Under the pieces are notes generated by a model. The model worked only from the letters and a program-made list of their open reading frames with translations, was not told the DNA's origin and searched no databases. A program made the translations under genes and the position numbers. Shown one piece after another: positions 23,261-33,941 of a stretch of 39,611 nucleotides of DNA. Location: IMG/VR virus record IMGVR_UViG_2563366977_000005, positions 1 through 39,611 of that record. The stretch is one strand, 5' to 3'. Numbering within the stretch: the first letter of the stretch is position 1; the number at the start of each line of letters is the position of its first letter. The stretch is from a virus. Lineage: Duplodnaviria > Heunggongvirae > Uroviricota > Caudoviricetes.

Positions 23261-23297
23261 GCAAAAAGCCCCGAGCTATTAACTCAGGGCTTTATTT
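23261..23297. terminator. Bidirectional hairpin about 30 nt downstream of the pR' start
   Basis: GCCCCGAG / CTCAGGGC stem with A5 on one side and TTTATTT on the other. Confidence 0.55.
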
Positions 23298-23326
23298 AAC
23301 GAGTGCATTTATCCATCGTTGAGTCA

Positions 23327-23355
23327 AATTTACCCAACTTTATTCAAAAAGTCAA
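23327..23355 (-). promoter_or_regulatory. Late promoter pR' (-35 TTGACT, 17-bp spacer, -10 TAAATT) with adjacent qut-like sequence
   Basis: Near-identical to the recalled lambda pR' core; directly downstream of Q. Confidence 0.6.
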
Positions 23356-23397
23356 TATTATGCCGTTAATATGTTGCCATCCGTGGCAATCATGCTG

Positions 23398-24021
23398 CTA
23401 ACGTGTGACCGCGTTCAAAATGTTGTCTGCGATTGACTCTTCCTTGTGGCATTGCACCACCAGAGCGTCATACAGCGGCTTAACAGTGCGTGACCAGGTG
23501 GGTTGAGTAAGGTTTGGGATTAGCATCGTTACAGCGCGATATGCGGCGCTTGCTGGCATTCTTGAATAGCCGACACCTTTGCATCTTCCGCATTCTTTCT
23601 CAACAACTCTCCCCCACAGCTCTGTTTTTGCTATATCAACCGCACGACCTGTACCGTGGCAATCTCTGCATCTTGCGCCCGGCGTCGCGGCACTACGGCA
23701 ATAATCCGCATAAGCGAATGTTGCGAGCACTTGCAGTACCTTTGCCTTAGTATTTCCTTCGAGCTTTGCCACACCACGGTATTTCCCCGATACCTTGTGT
23801 GCAAATTGCATCAGATAGTTGATAGCCTTTTGTTTGTCGTTCTGGCTGAGTTCATGCTTACCGCAGAATGCAGCCATTCCGAATCCGGCTTGTGATTGTG
23901 CCATCCCCATAGCAGCCATCACATCAGTACCGGAAAGGGAGTCAGAAGCCGTGGCCCGTGGTGAGTCGCTCATCATCGGGCTTTTTGGCGAATGAAATTT
24001 AGCTACGCTTTCGAGTCTCAT
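23398..24021 (-). CDS. Q: Late antiterminator Q (lambda Q-type), 207 aa
   Basis: Translation matches lambda Q as recalled, including the Cys4 zinc motif; followed by pR'. Confidence 0.9.
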   Translation of the reverse strand: MRLESVAKFHSPKSPMMSDSPRATASDSLSGTDVMAAMGMAQSQAGFGMAAFCGKHELSQNDKQKAINYLMQFAHKVSGKYRGVAKLEGNTKAKVLQVLATFAYADYCRSAATPGARCRDCHGTGRAVDIAKTELWGRVVEKECGRCKGVGYSRMPASAAYRAVTMLIPNLTQPTWSRTVKPLYDALVVQCHKEESIADNILNAVTR

Positions 24022-24206
24022 GGCCTTCCCCTCTTGCCCTGTTTGACCATCAGGACGCCGTTAACTATTACGTGACGCTCGCCTTTGCTGTCTCGGTTGT
24101 ACTTGAGCACTGTTCCTCTTGCGCAGGAAAGCATCCTTGCCACTTCGGTCTGATTGCCTCGTGTCTGGATAAGAAGCTCTGGTATCGTTTGAATTGTGGC
24201 GTTCAT
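24018..24206 (-). CDS. ninH: NinH-like small DNA-binding protein (62 aa)
   Basis: GNQTEVARML...RGTV...VNGVLMV resembles recalled lambda NinH; immediately upstream of Q. Confidence 0.65.
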   Translation of the reverse strand: MNATIQTIPELLIQTRGNQTEVARMLSCARGTVLKYNRDSKGERHVIVNGVLMVKQGKRGRP

Positions 24207-24565
24207 ACGTTCTCCAGTTCGGTGATTTTTATTCCAAGCCTTCCGCCTGGTACTTTCACGCCACGAATTACGCGAATGTCATCGAATTGCTCGTCGTCTT
24301 CCGCAAATCCGGCGTGGATAAGGGAGTCGAGTAAACCTTTCAGGATGTTGTCGAGGTCGCGGCGGCGGGAGTCTGGAACGTCTGCGATGACTTTGATACG
24401 GAGTCGTGATTTGGTGAAAATGTCTAACTTGAGTTGGCGGATGATTTGCTGAACGTCTTTTCGGTATTTCTGGCCTTTATCGCTGATGTAGTATTGGCTT
24501 CCCCGTCTTCGCCAGTAGGTGTTCAGCGACGGCGGGTATGGAAGCACAAACTGATATTCGTTCAT
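24203..24565 (-). CDS. rusA: RusA-family Holliday junction resolvase (120 aa)
   Basis: Size and motifs (PPSLNTYW, RRRDLDN) match the RusA family. Confidence 0.85.
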   Translation of the reverse strand: MNEYQFVLPYPPSLNTYWRRRGSQYYISDKGQKYRKDVQQIIRQLKLDIFTKSRLRIKVIADVPDSRRRDLDNILKGLLDSLIHAGFAEDDEQFDDIRVIRGVKVPGGRLGIKITELENV

Positions 24566-24852
24566 GGTTTAATCTTCCCCTCCTTCAGCAGTATCGCCTG
24601 CGTCCTGATCACGCCTTCGAGGTGGTAAAGTCTGGCGTCTTTGTTGTCGAGATTATGGGTGCGTCGGTCGATTTCATCGTGACACGCGCTACAAGCCCAT
24701 GCGCCGATCAGGTCGTCAGGTTTCATTCCCGTTCCGCAAATTCCAGCCATCCGGTAATGTGCCAGAACTGTAGTTTCAGGATTACCATTGCATACGCCGT
24801 AAATACGTACCTGGCATTCTCTGCCGCGCGCTTCTTTGCGTAGGTTAGCCAT
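24562..24852 (-). CDS. DUF1364 / YbcO-like Cys-rich protein (96 aa)
   Basis: Size and position in the nin region; Cys/His-rich; family assignment from memory only. Confidence 0.5.
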   Translation of the reverse strand: MANLRKEARGRECQVRIYGVCNGNPETTVLAHYRMAGICGTGMKPDDLIGAWACSACHDEIDRRTHNLDNKDARLYHLEGVIRTQAILLKEGKIKP

Positions 24853-25574
24853 TAAGCAGCCTCCCCTGTTACTTTCAGCATTCCGTTATCGAGCAGCTTT
24901 CTGGTCAGCCACTGTTGACCACGCCCGGTGATTTTTGTGGTGAACGATATCTGTATTCCGTGATTTGTGTTGACCGCTGTTTCTTTCACTGTGAAATAGC
25001 CGCGATCCATATATTCCTGCATTGGCACATTGCGCCGGGAACCTGAAGCAATAAGGATTTTGTGATCGCGCATCCACGCAAACAGTTTGTTTGGACCAAT
25101 TCCAACAACCTTTGCAAAGTTTCCAATCAAAATTCCGCTGGCCTCGCCAACGCGATCGGCAAACTCAACTTTAGGTGCGGCAATTGCGAGCTGGTTTTCC
25201 AGTTGCATTTTCTGCTCAGCAAGATCAGCAGCAAGGCGCAACGCTTCCGGTAACGTTTTGGGGATATTAACCGCAGTTTCTTCAAGCTCTCGCCAACGGT
25301 CAACAAGACGAGCGGTGAATTCCGGCGACAACTGGGCTACAACGACAATACTGTCTCGCTTTCCTTGTTCGCCCTCGAAGACGTAATGCTCGTACTGAAC
25401 ATTGAACCCTAAGTTATTGATTCTTTCGGAAACCTCAATTTGAGGAAGCCGGATAACACCATTTTTAGCCAGCGTTTCGATGGTACGTTTCACATTGTCA
25501 TGACGCTTACCCACCAACTCAGCGATTTCAATGCTTGTCATTTTGATGGCATTGCCATTTATTAACTCATTCAT
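24852..25574 (-). CDS. Rha-family regulator with C-terminal KilAC (antirepressor) domain, 240 aa
   Basis: N-terminal Rha-like region and C-terminal antirepressor-like region as recalled; start overlaps NinF stop. Confidence 0.65.
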   Translation of the reverse strand: MNELINGNAIKMTSIEIAELVGKRHDNVKRTIETLAKNGVIRLPQIEVSERINNLGFNVQYEHYVFEGEQGKRDSIVVVAQLSPEFTARLVDRWRELEETAVNIPKTLPEALRLAADLAEQKMQLENQLAIAAPKVEFADRVGEASGILIGNFAKVVGIGPNKLFAWMRDHKILIASGSRRNVPMQEYMDRGYFTVKETAVNTNHGIQISFTTKITGRGQQWLTRKLLDNGMLKVTGEAA

Positions 25575-25743
25575 CGTCTTCTTCCTCGTACATTGAGCTA
25601 TTCGGATCGCTCATCAGTTCTGCGCAGCAATCGGAGCACACGTGAACTTCCAGCACATGTAGCTTCTGACCGCAGTTAGCGCACGTTAAAGCCCGCTCGA
25701 CGCTTTCTTTCTGGTATTGGATGGATTGGGATGGGCTAAGCAT
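25567..25743 (-). CDS. ninF: NinF-like zinc-ribbon protein (58 aa)
   Basis: Hand-translated [58 protein letters not shown]; two CxxC-type pairs; below ORF-track cutoff. Confidence 0.55.
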   Translation of the reverse strand: MLSPSQSIQYQKESVERALTCANCGQKLHVLEVHVCSDCCAELMSDPNSSMYEEEDDE

Positions 25744-26137
25744 TATTGGCGTCCTGCATCATGAGAAAGACAATCATGGCAGCGCGGAGTGGGTTTTCAT
25801 CTTGAGTCATATGATATGGGGTACTATCACTGCCAACTTTTCTATGCGCTGCCTTCCATAATCCATTTTCTGGCGCTGGAATAATGCCAATTCTGTTCTC
25901 TACGATAATCGGCTCTGCGTCTGATGGGCTTTTACAGTAATCAACCGTTTTTATTGCATAACCAGTTTCGTCATCCCACTCAACACCAACGATTGATGTT
26001 CCCAACTTTGCGATTTCGCAATCTTCGGGAGCAAATCCACAGCAAATTGCCACTCGCTTGTTAATTTCAAAATCACTTAACTGTGAATAATCCATGGTCA
26101 TTTCCTCGCACGTTCTCTTAGCCACCGGATATCCCAC
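25736..26137 (-). CDS. Hypothetical nin-region protein (133 aa)
   Basis: ORF in operon context; no family recognised with confidence. Confidence 0.5.
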   Translation of the reverse strand: MGYPVAKRTCEEMTMDYSQLSDFEINKRVAICCGFAPEDCEIAKLGTSIVGVEWDDETGYAIKTVDYCKSPSDAEPIIVENRIGIIPAPENGLWKAAHRKVGSDSTPYHMTQDENPLRAAMIVFLMMQDANNA

Positions 26138-26240
26138 AGGTGAGCTGTGTAATTGAATGTTTTTACGTCAGATTCTTTTGGGATTGGCTTGCGTTTGTTT
26201 CTGGAGCGTTTCGTTGGAAGGTATTTGCAGTTTTCGCAGA

Positions 26241-26414
26241 TTATGTCGGTGTTACTTCGTCGCTGTCTCGCCACACGTCCTCCTTTTCCTGCGGTAGTGG
26301 TAACACCCCTGTTGGTGTTCTTTCACACCGGAGACACCATCGATTCCAGTAAGGTTGATTTGGTCGGAAGCGGTTATCTTCTTTGCATTCACCGCACCGA
26401 TAACATCGCATCAT
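26241..26414 (-). CDS. ninD: NinD-like zinc-binding protein (57 aa)
   Basis: Start overlaps NinB stop (ATGA); CxxC...C..C pattern; size equals lambda NinD. Confidence 0.5.
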   Translation of the reverse strand: MMRCYRCGECKEDNRFRPNQPYWNRWCLRCERTPTGVLPLPQEKEDVWRDSDEVTPT

Positions 26415-26851
26415 GCTGCCCGGTCTCCCCATCGCGCTTTCCACTCCAGAGCCAGTCGCGCTTCGTCTGACCACTTAACGCCACGCTCTGTACCAAATGC
26501 CTGTATAAGCTCTAATAGCTCCGCAAATTCGCTTACACGCATCCTGCTGGTTGACTGGCCTATTACCACAAAGCCATTCCCGGCAAGGTTAGGAACAACG
26601 TCCTGCTGCTTTAATGCTGCGGTAAACACACACTTCCAGCTTTCTGCATCCAGCCAGCGCCCATGCCATTCAACCTGACGAGAGACGTCACCTAAGCAGG
26701 CCCATAGCTTCCTGTTTTGGTCTAAGCTGCGGTTGCGTTCCTGAATGGTTACTACGATTGGTTTGGTTGGGTCTGGAAGGATTTGCTGGATAGCTTGAAT
26801 GGCGTTCTGCTGATGAATGGGGCTTCTTAGTTCAAACGTTAGTTTCCTCAT
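26411..26851 (-). CDS. ninB: NinB (Orf-family recombination mediator), 146 aa
   Basis: Size identical to lambda NinB and sequence resembles it as recalled. Confidence 0.8.
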   Translation of the reverse strand: MRKLTFELRSPIHQQNAIQAIQQILPDPTKPIVVTIQERNRSLDQNRKLWACLGDVSRQVEWHGRWLDAESWKCVFTAALKQQDVVPNLAGNGFVVIGQSTSRMRVSEFAELLELIQAFGTERGVKWSDEARLALEWKARWGDRAA

Positions 26852-27086
26852 TGCTCACCTTCTGCACGCATGGATTAATTAACGCCAAAATAGCTTCTGG
26901 TTTCTCAATAACATCGAACCGCTCACCACTTGCCATTCTTACAATCGTAATCCCGGCCTCAAATAGGGTTTCGATGTTGTCAGAGTTAACGTACAAGGGC
27001 TCATATGCACTTCTGGTGCTTTCTATCACGCCTGTGCTTGGTGGCTGATAGATGCTGCATTGCATGGTTAATTTTATAAATGGCAT
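26832..27086 (-). CDS. Hypothetical nin-region protein (84 aa or shorter)
   Basis: ORF overlapping NinB start; start uncertain. Confidence 0.4.
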   Translation of the reverse strand: MPFIKLTMQCSIYQPPSTGVIESTRSAYEPLYVNSDNIETLFEAGITIVRMASGERFDVIEKPEAILALINPCVQKVSNEETNV

Positions 27087-27090
27087 ATAC

Positions 27091-27354
27091 TCACTCCTTC
27101 ACTTTGATTCCAGCGGCGCGGATGGCGTCAGCGCAATAATCGATAGCGCAGTTGTGTCCTTTGTCGAAATCATCCTCAGCCATCACTTTGTCATCGAGTT
27201 TTATCTCGATAGCTGCGCGAGACTTAACCCATGACTGCCAGGCAATCATCTTGATGGCCTGAACGTGAAGTTCTTCGCTGTTGTTAATAGACTCGAACTC
27301 TTCACCAAACCATTCCTCAAACTTCTTTCTTGATTCGTCCATATCACTCTCCAT
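27091..27354 (-). CDS. Hypothetical acidic protein (87 aa)
   Basis: ORF in operon context. Confidence 0.45.
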   Translation of the reverse strand: MESDMDESRKKFEEWFGEEFESINNSEELHVQAIKMIAWQSWVKSRAAIEIKLDDKVMAEDDFDKGHNCAIDYCADAIRAAGIKVKE

Positions 27355-27369
27355 CGATGATTTTTTGGG

Positions 27370-27552
27370 TTACCAATAATATTTGATAGTCGCCATAATT
27401 ATCGGTAGCAACGCGCAGACAACTGAAAACCGTAAAACAAAACCTACTCCCAATATGCGATATCCATTATTCCAGAGAACAAAACTCATCATCAGAAGGA
27501 ATCCATGAAAAATCGCGACAAGAAATAAACTACAAATAAATGCATTTACCAT
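27370..27552 (-). CDS. Small two-TM membrane protein (60 aa)
   Basis: Two hydrophobic segments; GAGGGG upstream of ATG; first gene after the tR2-like terminator. Confidence 0.45.
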   Translation of the reverse strand: MVNAFICSLFLVAIFHGFLLMMSFVLWNNGYRILGVGFVLRFSVVCALLPIIMATIKYYW

Positions 27553-27580
27553 CGGTACTTACCCCTCGCTCTTAATCCAA

Positions 27581-27609
27581 TAAAAAAGGGCTACTGTGTA
27601 AATAGCCCC
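27581..27609 (-). terminator. Intrinsic terminator after the helicase gene (tR2-equivalent)
   Basis: On the - strand: GGGGCTA...TAGCCC hairpin followed by TTTTTTATT. Confidence 0.6.
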
Positions 27610-27635
27610 TGTTATTAGCTCAGTGATGTAGATGG

Positions 27636-29012
27636 TCATACGTCAGCCCCTTGTGCATATCGTCTGCCACGCGCAGCAGGTGCATTTGATGCTGTGCAAA
27701 TCTGTCTGGCTTCATCCTGGTCACATGCAACAAAGTGTCCGTTGCAGAACCGCTGGTAAACCGTACCAAGCGAGCCAAAACGGTTTTTCGTCACGATGAT
27801 TTCTGCAAATGGCGCGGCGCTACTGTTCTCGTCATATACCGCTTCCCGATAGAGCATAATGATTGAGTCTGCGTCCTGTTCAATGCTTCCTGAATCACGC
27901 AAATCTGCGTTTGTCGGGCGTTTGTTTGGTCGCTTCTCAACATCGCGCGAAAGCTGACTTAGGGAGATAACAGGCGTTTTCAGGTCTTTCGCCATCGCCT
28001 TCAGGCTTCCGGAGATGTGAGCAATTGCGAGGTCGTTGCGATCTGCTTTCGGCTTCTCAATCAGGCCAAGATAATCCGCCATGATGAGTGACAGGTTTGG
28101 ATTTTCCTGTTTGTGCCGCTCTGCGATTGAGCGTATTTCTTCGACCGATAACCGCGAAGCATCGACTACCCATACATCCAAATCTGCAAGCTGACTCATG
28201 CCGTTAGCAACACGCGCCCAGCCTTCGTCATCCATCGATGCAGGATTTCGCAGTACGCTAACCGACATCCTCCCGGCGTTGGCAATGCTTCGCTCTGCAA
28301 TCTGCAATGCGCTCATTTCCATTGAGAAAATCAATACCCCGCGCCGGACGTCAGAACCAGGAATAACGCGGCTTGCAACGCCTTCGGCAATCTTCAGAGC
28401 CAGTTCGGTTTTCCCCATACCAGGACGAGCAGCGATTATCACCAGGTCTTCCGCGTTCATCCCTCCGGTGATGGCATCAAGTTCTTCGATTCCGGTCTTC
28501 AGGGTATCTGACTCTTCTCCGTTCCTCAGACGCCTGTCAAGCGTGTCAGTGTAGTCAGTAATGATTTCCCCTAACCGTACAGGTTTTACCTCGTCACGGG
28601 GCTTTCTGATGGCTGAAAGACGCTTTACAAGTTCATCCATCGCCTGACTCGATGCGTCGATGGTTCCGCTCTGAATTGGTTCACGCATTTCATCCATGAT
28701 TTCCAGCACCAGACGGCGGTGATAGTTATCCGCGACCATTCCGGCATATCCCTTCAGGTTTGCGGCACTCGGGCAGTTTTTGCTGGTCATCAGGATTGAC
28801 GTGAAATGCTCCTCTCCGCACGCCTCGGCAACCATCAGCGCGTCGATTAGGTTTCTGTTTCTCGCCTGCTTGCGGATAACCTCGAAGGCTTTCCGGTAGA
28901 GCGGAATTGAAAACGCTTCCGGCTCCAGTGTTGCCAGAACGTCGCTGGCGGTTGGAGTTAATCCACCAATCAGCAGGCCACCGATAACGCTCGCTTCGAT
29001 ATCCTGTCTCAT
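27636..29012 (-). CDS. Replicative DNA helicase, DnaB family (458 aa)
   Basis: Walker A-like GMGKT, DnaB-like domain order; position of P22 gene 12. Confidence 0.9.
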   Translation of the reverse strand: MRQDIEASVIGGLLIGGLTPTASDVLATLEPEAFSIPLYRKAFEVIRKQARNRNLIDALMVAEACGEEHFTSILMTSKNCPSAANLKGYAGMVADNYHRRLVLEIMDEMREPIQSGTIDASSQAMDELVKRLSAIRKPRDEVKPVRLGEIITDYTDTLDRRLRNGEESDTLKTGIEELDAITGGMNAEDLVIIAARPGMGKTELALKIAEGVASRVIPGSDVRRGVLIFSMEMSALQIAERSIANAGRMSVSVLRNPASMDDEGWARVANGMSQLADLDVWVVDASRLSVEEIRSIAERHKQENPNLSLIMADYLGLIEKPKADRNDLAIAHISGSLKAMAKDLKTPVISLSQLSRDVEKRPNKRPTNADLRDSGSIEQDADSIIMLYREAVYDENSSAAPFAEIIVTKNRFGSLGTVYQRFCNGHFVACDQDEARQICTASNAPAARGRRYAQGADV

Positions 29013-29830
29013 GCAATCCCCCTGTCTGCAAACTTCCCTTCCCGTACTCCCGTTAACGAATCTTCCCTCAACAGGTAATCAAAATCAGCTGTCCAGCCCG
29101 TGTCGTTGTCTCCGAAGTAAAACGGCTTGGCCTGATGCACAAACGCCCTGACATACGCTCTGAAACCGTCCACGTTTGGCGTTTTCAGTTGCGGGATGAT
29201 TTTCTTCAGGCGGCGTTTTCGTTTCTCGTTGACCGCAACAGCGTGTGGAAGTCTGTCACCGACTTCGGTGTTGTAGGCGTTCAGGAAGGATTCGTAGTCG
29301 ATTCGTTCTGCCTTGCGACGTTCAGGTTTAACCTGCCCATCGCCATCCCCGTTAGGGGGTAAGGGGGTATTTGTATTTATTGTCTTTTGTATATTGTCTT
29401 TTGTGTTTAGCTGACTTGGCTTATACCCATTAGCCGACTTGGCTAATGTTTTATTAGCTGTTTTAGCTAATGTTAAGCTGTCCTGGCTAATCCACTGAGA
29501 AACCACCTTGTTCACTCCGATTTTCACGCCATCAGCAATGAGGAATTTACGCTCGATAAGCTGGCGCTTGGCAGCACAAACATGAGTGTGATGAATACCT
29601 GTCATGGCTGCTATCTGCGTGTTTGTGAGTCGATCCATCGGCTTATTGAATCCGTATGTCTTGCGCATGATAGCGAGCATCACCTTCATCTGCCGGACGG
29701 TTAAATCAGCCATCAGCAGACTGTCGGTAATCTCGTTAGCAACGCGCATGAAACCATCTTCGGTATCTGCCACGCGATGCTCCACGACCTCCAGTTGAGG
29801 CCTGTAATCAGCTAACTTAACGACGCCCAT
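29009..29830 (-). CDS. Replication initiation protein (lambda O / P22 gp18-like), 273 aa
   Basis: Position upstream of the helicase; contains internal iterons and an AT-rich tract like lambda O. Confidence 0.8.
   Translation of the reverse strand: MGVVKLADYRPQLEVVEHRVADTEDGFMRVANEITDSLLMADLTVRQMKVMLAIMRKTYGFNKPMDRLTNTQIAAMTGIHHTHVCAAKRQLIERKFLIADGVKIGVNKVVSQWISQDSLTLAKTANKTLAKSANGYKPSQLNTKDNIQKTINTNTPLPPNGDGDGQVKPERRKAERIDYESFLNAYNTEVGDRLPHAVAVNEKRKRRLKKIIPQLKTPNVDGFRAYVRAFVHQAKPFYFGDNDTGWTADFDYLLREDSLTGVREGKFADRGIA
29407..29490. repeat. Origin iterons: four about 17-bp repeats (TTAGCYGACTTGGCTWA-like) with adjacent AT-rich tract, inside the O-like gene
   Basis: Directly visible; arrangement parallels lambda ori inside O. 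Confidence 0.65.
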
Positions 29831-29978
29831 GTTTCACTCCTGCTTTGGCTAGTCTGTAAACACCAACAAGGCGCTCTGCGAACGCCCTGTTATTTGCTGC
29901 GGCTACCACTAATCCCTCAGGTGAATCAGGGTGTCGAATCTCTTCTTTTTCCTGGTATTTCTTACGACGTTTTGTCAT
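29817..29978 (-). CDS. Small basic protein (53 aa) between cII-like and O-like genes
   Basis: Hand-translated MTKRRKKYQEKEEIRHPDSPEG...; stop overlaps the O-like start region. Confidence 0.4.
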   Translation of the reverse strand: MTKRRKKYQEKEEIRHPDSPEGLVVAAANNRAFAERLVGVYRLAKAGVKHGRR

Positions 29979-30012
29979 AATTACTCCTGTGGATTGATCC
30001 AGTCTTTCTACA

Positions 30013-30291
30013 TCAGGCCTCGAAGAATTCGCCGTTCTTCGGGGCTTTTTCTTTTGTCAGCATTCTGGCTACTTTCTTAGCCAGTTCCGCCAACTCCTCG
30101 TCTTCAACACCCCATTCAAGAACAGCCAGAAGCATTCCCATTTTGGGTATGAAGCTGTCTTTCCATCGCGAAATTTGTGACTCATTAATCCCTAACGCGT
30201 CGGCAACCTTTCGCTGACCACGTACAGCAATTCGATTCAGGATGTTGCTTGTAATTGCATTCGCTTTCTTGCGAGTACTTGTAAGTTGCAT
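30013..30291 (-). CDS. cII: CII-like transcriptional activator (P22 C1-type), 92 aa
   Basis: From internal Met MQLTSTRKKANAI...; helix-turn-helix QRKVADALGINESQISRWK resembles the CII family. Confidence 0.75.
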   Translation of the reverse strand: MQLTSTRKKANAITSNILNRIAVRGQRKVADALGINESQISRWKDSFIPKMGMLLAVLEWGVEDEELAELAKKVARMLTKEKAPKNGEFFEA

Positions 30292-30370
30292 ATGTAAGTA
30301 TTTCCTTAGATAACAATTGATTGAATGTATGCAAATAAATGCATACACCATAGGTGTGGTTTAATTTGAT

Positions 30371-30402
30371 GCCCTTTTTCAGGGCTGGGATGTGTAAGAG
30401 CG
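30371..30402 (-). promoter_or_regulatory. nutR (boxA CGCTCTTA, boxB GCCCTGAAAAAGGGC)
   Basis: Exact lambda-type boxA and boxB hairpin on the - strand between cro and cII. Confidence 0.75.
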
Positions 30403-30410
30403 GGAATGTC

Positions 30411-31763
<1,353 letters not shown>

Positions 31764-31813
31764 TCCTCACCTCGATTTCGACAACCAAAAAACAAACTAT
31801 TTTCCGTTTAAAA

Positions 31814-31884
31814 ACAATGGAGTTTGTTTTTCACGCCCATTTTTACAATATTTCTTGTTTGCAGCATACAATCTTTCTTGTAAT
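31814..31884 (+). promoter_or_regulatory. Left operator OL (three ACAA-N6-TTGT sites) overlapping PL
   Basis: Sites at 31814-31827, 31845-31858, 31868-31881; putative -35 TTGTTT and -10 TGTAAT. Confidence 0.7.
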
Positions 31885-31925
31885 TTTAAGCCATCAGCAG
31901 GACGCACTGACCACCATGAAGGTGA

Positions 31926-31956
31926 CGCTCTTAAAAATTAAGCCCTGAAGAAGGGC
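31926..31956 (+). promoter_or_regulatory. nutL (boxA CGCTCTTA, boxB GCCCTGAAGAAGGGC)
   Basis: Exact lambda-type nutL elements upstream of N. Confidence 0.8.
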
Positions 31957-32114
31957 AGCATTCAAAGCAGAAGGCTTTGGGGTGTGTGATACGAAACGAA
32001 GCATTGGCCGGAAGTGCGAATCCGGATTAGCTGCCAATGCGCCAATCGCGGGGTGTTTTCGTTCAGGACTACGACTCCCACACACCACCAAAGCTAACTG
32101 ACAGGAGAATCCAG

Positions 32115-32441
32115 ATGGATGCACAAACACGCCGCCGCGAACGTCGCGCAGAGAAACAGGCTCAATGGAAAGCAGCAAATCCCCTGTTGGTTGGGGTAAG
32201 CGCAAAACCAGTTAACCGCCCTATTCTCTCGCTGAATCGCAAACCGAAATCACGAGTAGAAAGCGCACTGAATCCGATAGACCTTACGGTGCTGGCTGAA
32301 TACCACGAACAGATTGAAAGCAACCTGCAACGTATTGAGCGCAAGAATCAGCGCACATGGTACAGCAAGCCACGCAGTGAAATGGGTGTGACTTGTGTTG
32401 GTCGCCAGAAAATGAAATTAGGCAGCAAACCACTTATTTGA
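32115..32441 (+). CDS. N: Antiterminator N (lambda N-type), 108 aa
   Basis: From the internal Met, the arginine-rich motif MDAQTRRRERRAEKQAQWKAAN matches recalled lambda N; nutL upstream. Confidence 0.9.
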   Translation: MDAQTRRRERRAEKQAQWKAANPLLVGVSAKPVNRPILSLNRKPKSRVESALNPIDLTVLAEYHEQIESNLQRIERKNQRTWYSKPRSEMGVTCVGRQKMKLGSKPLI

Positions 32442-32449
32442 GGTGATAT

Positions 32450-32701
32450 ATGGAATTTCATGAAAGTGCGATTTATGATTTTCGCGCTAACGCAAATTCA
32501 GTAAAACCACAGCCAATTGCAGTTCTTTTTAAAACAATGGGTGCGTGGGCTGTTTTATGCTTCGCCTCTGATGACACTGACGCAAGAATGGCAATAGGCC
32601 AAGAGATGGAGATGGACCCGACAAACGATGAATTCATAATTTATGGCGCTCCATCTAATTACTTACTTGATACCTGCAACATTTACAACAAGGCTGCCTG
32701 A
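32450..32701 (+). CDS. Hypothetical early-left protein (83 aa)
   Basis: ORF starts 9 nt after N stop. Confidence 0.5.
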   Translation: MEFHESAIYDFRANANSVKPQPIAVLFKTMGAWAVLCFASDDTDARMAIGQEMEMDPTNDEFIIYGAPSNYLLDTCNIYNKAA

Positions 32702-32740
32702 TGGTGGCCTTCATTTTTGGCATAAACAACAGAGGCGAAG

Positions 32741-32938
32741 ATGTTGACAGTTGGAAAGTCATATTCAACTAAAAATGGAAAGACATTTAGTTGTGAAAAA
32801 GATATTGGAGAAATAGACACTATCTTTCCATTTGGTGGATGGGTATACAATTCTGATGGAAGCAAAGACAGATTTGCATATTACACCAGAGGAGGTACTT
32901 ATAAACTAACCAAATCAGAATATGATTTAATTATTTAG
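32741..32938 (+). CDS. Hypothetical early-left protein (65 aa)
   Basis: ORF with plausible composition; followed by hairpins. Confidence 0.4.
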   Translation: MLTVGKSYSTKNGKTFSCEKDIGEIDTIFPFGGWVYNSDGSKDRFAYYTRGGTYKLTKSEYDLII

Positions 32939-33042
32939 CACAGAGAAGCACTGTGTATTCATTCCAACGAGTGAATACACGGAGCAATGTCGCTCGTAAC
33001 TAAACAGGAGCCGACTTGTTCTGATTATTGGAAATCTTCTTT

Positions 33043-33070
33043 GCCCTCCAATGTGAGGGCAGTTTTTTTT
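33043..33070 (+). terminator. Intrinsic terminator within the early-left operon
   Basis: GCCCTC-CAATGT-GAGGGC hairpin followed by T8. Confidence 0.65.
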
Positions 33071-33083
33071 GACGGAGTAAACG

Positions 33084-33332
33084 ATGATAAAAACTGATTA
33101 CCCTGCAGAGCTTAAACAAAAAGTAATAACAGCAATTAAATGCTCTTTTATCTCATGTCGTACAGATGAAGAACGATATGTCGTTGAGTGTGCAATTGTC
33201 GAGTTTCTCACAGCGATGGAATTTACCGCTGCAGAATCAATAGATGTATTAAAGCAATCAGACGGAAATGATATTGAAACGGATGATGTTATTGACCGAC
33301 TAATAAAATCATTCGAAGAAGAAATAGAGTAG
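33084..33332 (+). CDS. Hypothetical acidic protein (82 aa)
   Basis: ORF with GGAG upstream of ATG. Confidence 0.5.
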   Translation: MIKTDYPAELKQKVITAIKCSFISCRTDEERYVVECAIVEFLTAMEFTAAESIDVLKQSDGNDIETDDVIDRLIKSFEEEIE

Positions 33333-33415
33333 CCGCCTGAGCGCGGCTTTACCGCATACCAATAATGCTTCACGAGAGGCATTTTCGTTATGCAATCAAA
33401 TATAAGGAGTTACCC

Positions 33416-33550
33416 ATGATGCACTTTCAGCTCGCGGGTAGCGGCGTCATGTCCGCTTTCTACCCGCACGAATCTGAATTATCACGCCGAGTTAAACAAT
33501 TAATCAGAGCAGCAAAGAAACAACTGGAGGCGTTATGCGCAATGAAATAG
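33416..33550 (+). CDS. cIII: CIII-like protein (about 44 aa)
   Basis: From internal Met (MMHFQLAGSGVMSAFYPHESELSRRVKQLIRAAKKQLEAL); amphipathic core resembles the CIII family as recalled. Confidence 0.5.
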   Translation: MMHFQLAGSGVMSAFYPHESELSRRVKQLIRAAKKQLEALCAMK

Positions 33551-33687
33551 CCATTAATCACCAGATGCTTCGTGCTGCACAGAACAAATCAGTAATAGCC
33601 AGATTTATTGGTGATTCAAAAATGTGGCTTGAAGCAAATAAAGCGATGAAATCAGCTATCAACCTTCCGTGGTATCGCAGGAAATGA
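33535..33687 (+). CDS. Small ORF (50 aa) with strong SD
   Basis: GGAGG 4 nt upstream of ATG; hand-translated MRNEIAINHQMLRAAQNKSVIARFIGDSKMWLEANKAMKSAINLPWYRRK. Confidence 0.4.
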   Translation: MRNEIAINHQMLRAAQNKSVIARFIGDSKMWLEANKAMKSAINLPWYRRK

Positions 33688-33842
33688 GTTTTACAGATAA
33701 CTGGTCAGACGAAGAATTCATTCGTCAGATGAAAGATTTAATCGGTAACGAAGGAGATATTCATGTCACTTGCAACCACAGTGAAGGAGAGCAAGTTACA
33801 GAGACGCATGTACACGCAGAAAGCTCTCTGGTATCGCCATAA
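33684..33842 (+). CDS. Small ORF (52 aa)
   Basis: ATGA overlap with the previous ORF; hand-translated MSFTDNWSDEEFIRQMKDLIGNEGDIH... Confidence 0.3.
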   Translation: MSFTDNWSDEEFIRQMKDLIGNEGDIHVTCNHSEGEQVTETHVHAESSLVSP

Positions 33843-33941
33843 TGGTGACCGCCAAGGAATGCGGGTATGCCTTAATTTGTCCCGAGTCGAAGTATTAAAT
33901 CAGCGTTATTTCCTTGGGCCGTGTCCATTCTGAGGTGAATT

